64,000 bases of DNA from Vitrella brassicaformis CCMP3155 (taxonomy: Eukaryota > Protista > Chromerida): positions 1 through 64,000 of the forward strand of contig CDMY01000859.1 in assembly GCA_001179505.1 (NCBI GenBank), given 5' to 3'. A model generated the notes under the pieces. It did not search any database. It was not told the DNA's origin and saw nothing but the letters and a program-made list of their open reading frames with translations. This document shows positions 61,687 to 64,000 of this stretch, one piece after another. The translations under genes and the position numbers were made by a program. Numbering within the stretch: the first letter of the stretch is position 1; the number at the start of each line of letters is the position of its first letter.

Positions 61687-63950
61687 TCAGAAATGGCTAC
61701 CCTGCGGTGGTCTCTGTGCTGGTGGGCGGGCACCCTGGGGCTGCACAGGGGCAAACGCCACATGATGCATTGCAGGCGGCCTTGCACCAGCACCATGACC
61801 CACTGGAGGCCCTGCCTGTAATGGGGAGGCGGGGAAGGGTGGGGACGCCACGGGTGGGGCGGAGGAGGCTGGTTGTCTCGTGGGGGTGGACTGCTGCGAC
61901 CTGCTCGCTCGTATCCTGTCGCACACGCTGCGCACCCGCTCAACGACCTTCTCGCACTCCTCCTGCTCTCCCTCGTCAACCGTCTCCGGGTTTTGTGTGT
62001 CGAAGTTGGCAATGTCAGGCAACACCTGCACACAAGAACATCGATTGTGTCTCGATTGTCGTGTCTCCCTTGGGGCTACTTCTTTGAGCAGCTTGGCCCA
62101 AGTGAAGTCAAATCCCATGGCCCTCATGCCGCCCGGGGCGATGTATGTGGTGGCAGTCTGCTGGTTGAGGTCGTCTATCGTGTTGCACATGTCGTCAAAG
62201 TTCGCCTTGATCGGCCCCAGCATGTACTTGGGGATCAGCACCTTCCTGAGACACACAGAACAGGAAGGGCACGGATGTGGGCAATTGGGTAAGCTGTAGG
62301 TAGGGAGTGGGCGTCGCTTCTTGCCTGATGGTGGTCATGTATAGTTCCCAGAAGGCGACGATGTACTCTGCGGCCTTCTCCTGTGACAGCATGTAGGTCT
62401 TGCAGGTGCGGTGGAACATTTTCTTGTCCTTCGTGTAAGGAACCTGACAGGCACCACAGCAGTGAGATGTTTTATGAATGGCTGGCGGCTCCAATGACCC
62501 CCTACGCTTTTGGCGGTGGCTGCGATGAGGTTGGCCCACCCGTCTGTGGGCATCTCCAAAGCGGTTGGCCGCTCAAGGTGCAGCTCATTCACCCTGCAGC
62601 CATGGCAGACCTCATTTCCGTGTCTCGTGTGTCTCCATGTGTCCATGCATGTGTCCATGGATCGATCTCACTTTGAGAGTATTTTGTGCCTCGTGACGGC
62701 GTTGGCCCCCTGCTGCTTGAGGTAGTGGTCCACTGACCGCACCCACTTCTGGTTGGTCCGCGTCAGACGACCCTGAAGACCAACCACAACAGACATGACC
62801 AGCGAAGCGTCGGACCAGGCATGGATCCACCTGTGCGGCGTTCATGAAGTCGAGATAGCGCTTTGTCCATGCCTCGTTGGCGTCCTTCGATGACAACTAC
62901 AACCACACCCAGAAGAGACACATTTGTTAGCTGACTATCTACGGCAGGCGCCAGTCCTCACCTTAAGAAACTCCTGCAGCTCTCGCATCCCCTCCCCTGG
63001 ATTCTCCTCACGAATCTCCTTGACCCCACCTACAGATCCAGGACAGTCTTATAATTCAGGGCGGCTGTTTGTTCACACCTTCGAGTTTTAGGAGGTTGGT
63101 TGCTTCGTCCCTCGTGGGCAGTCCCATTGCCACCTCGTCGATCTTATGCCCGCAGTCCTCATAGTACGCCGCGAAGACGCTTCTCAACTGATCCAGATTG
63201 ACGCCCTCGGCACCTCCCGACGGACCATGTTCAAAGGAATCCAGCTCCTGCAGGAAGACAGGAACAAGCTTACTCAACACGTATCTATGACAGGATCCAC
63301 GTGCATACTTGAATGAAGTTCTCGAGCTGCTCCTTGAGACTCCCCATGAACTTTACCACCGACCGGGGGAGCATCTTCACATAGGGCTGCAGCAGACAAG
63401 AAAGAGCGCTTGGAGGAAGGCGGAATCAGTGCGTCTCTGTGATGTCCTTCACCAGACCTGTTTCAAGACAGAGCTTGCGAGGGCATCGCTGATCTGGCCC
63501 ATCAACCTACACCACCACCGACATGAGTGATCCGCGTAAGTATGTGTCTCCGGTGGCCCTACTGGCATTCCTTCATGGCCTCGTTCCACTTCCTCGGTGT
63601 CATCATTTTAACGGCCCGAGTCCAGTGGATGCCATACAGAAACGCGCATATCTGACCTGTGCACATGCACACGTGAGCAAATATGAAGAGCCAGCAGCTA
63701 AGTGTCTCTGTGCCTTCGTCTTACCGAACCACGGTTTCTTGGAATATTCCTTGAACAGGTTCTTCTGCACCTTTTGCCCGCAGTATTGGCCGTACACACC
63801 CTGCACACATGAATGAACCCAGTTCAGGAAAGAAGCATCAACTTATCGCTGCACTTGGCGTACCAGCAGCGAGATGGATGCAGCCGTCGGGATGACGTGG
63901 TCGGGGCCCACAATGATTTCCCTGAATGACCCAGAACGGCCAAGGTCCCT
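61687..63950 (-). CDS. Hypothetical multi-exon protein, probably 5'-partial (may begin at or beyond the window end)
   Basis: Chain of GT-AG-bounded exons (GVYGQYCGQKVQKNLFKEY; PYVKMLPRSVVKFMGSLKEQLENFIQ; ELDSFEHG...; LSSKDANEAWTKRYLDFMNAAQ; VPYTKDKKMFHRTCKTY; KVLIPKYMLGPIKANFDD; VLPDIANF...GSHF*). No family recognised. Confidence 0.6.
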
Positions 63951-64000
63951 CTTCTTCCCAACGACCCGTATGTTGCTTTGCTCACTTGAAGAAATCGAAC

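Overview
Eukaryotic, GC-rich, intron-dense genomic DNA from a draft assembly with five 300-N placeholder gaps. Short GT-AG introns full of microsatellites and lineage-specific protein families suggest a chromerid alveolate such as Vitrella brassicaformis; this is an inference, not a database result. About 20 spliced protein-coding genes were assembled by hand. Recognisable ones are a mitochondrial carrier, CDC50, an ELMOD protein, ornithine decarboxylase, an NMT1/THI5-fold (ThiY-like) protein, TOP1, IFT52, a CAMKK-like kinase and ESF1. The left edge holds a non-LTR retrotransposon (APE endonuclease plus RT) with an open frame that the ORF track missed because it runs off the window. The most striking items are: (1) a secreted GH16 with the ExDxE motif and a circularly permuted, Fibrobacter-lichenase-like segment order, fused to a PAN/apple domain and a C-terminal trefoil domain; (2) a nearby secreted Cys-rich mosaic protein ending in two PAN/apple domains; (3) a protein with motifs resembling the CDK5 activator p35; and (4) seven head-to-head gene pairs with starts about 140-450 bp apart. 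No rRNA, tRNA or CRISPR array was recognised. Exon boundaries and some start codons are manual calls.
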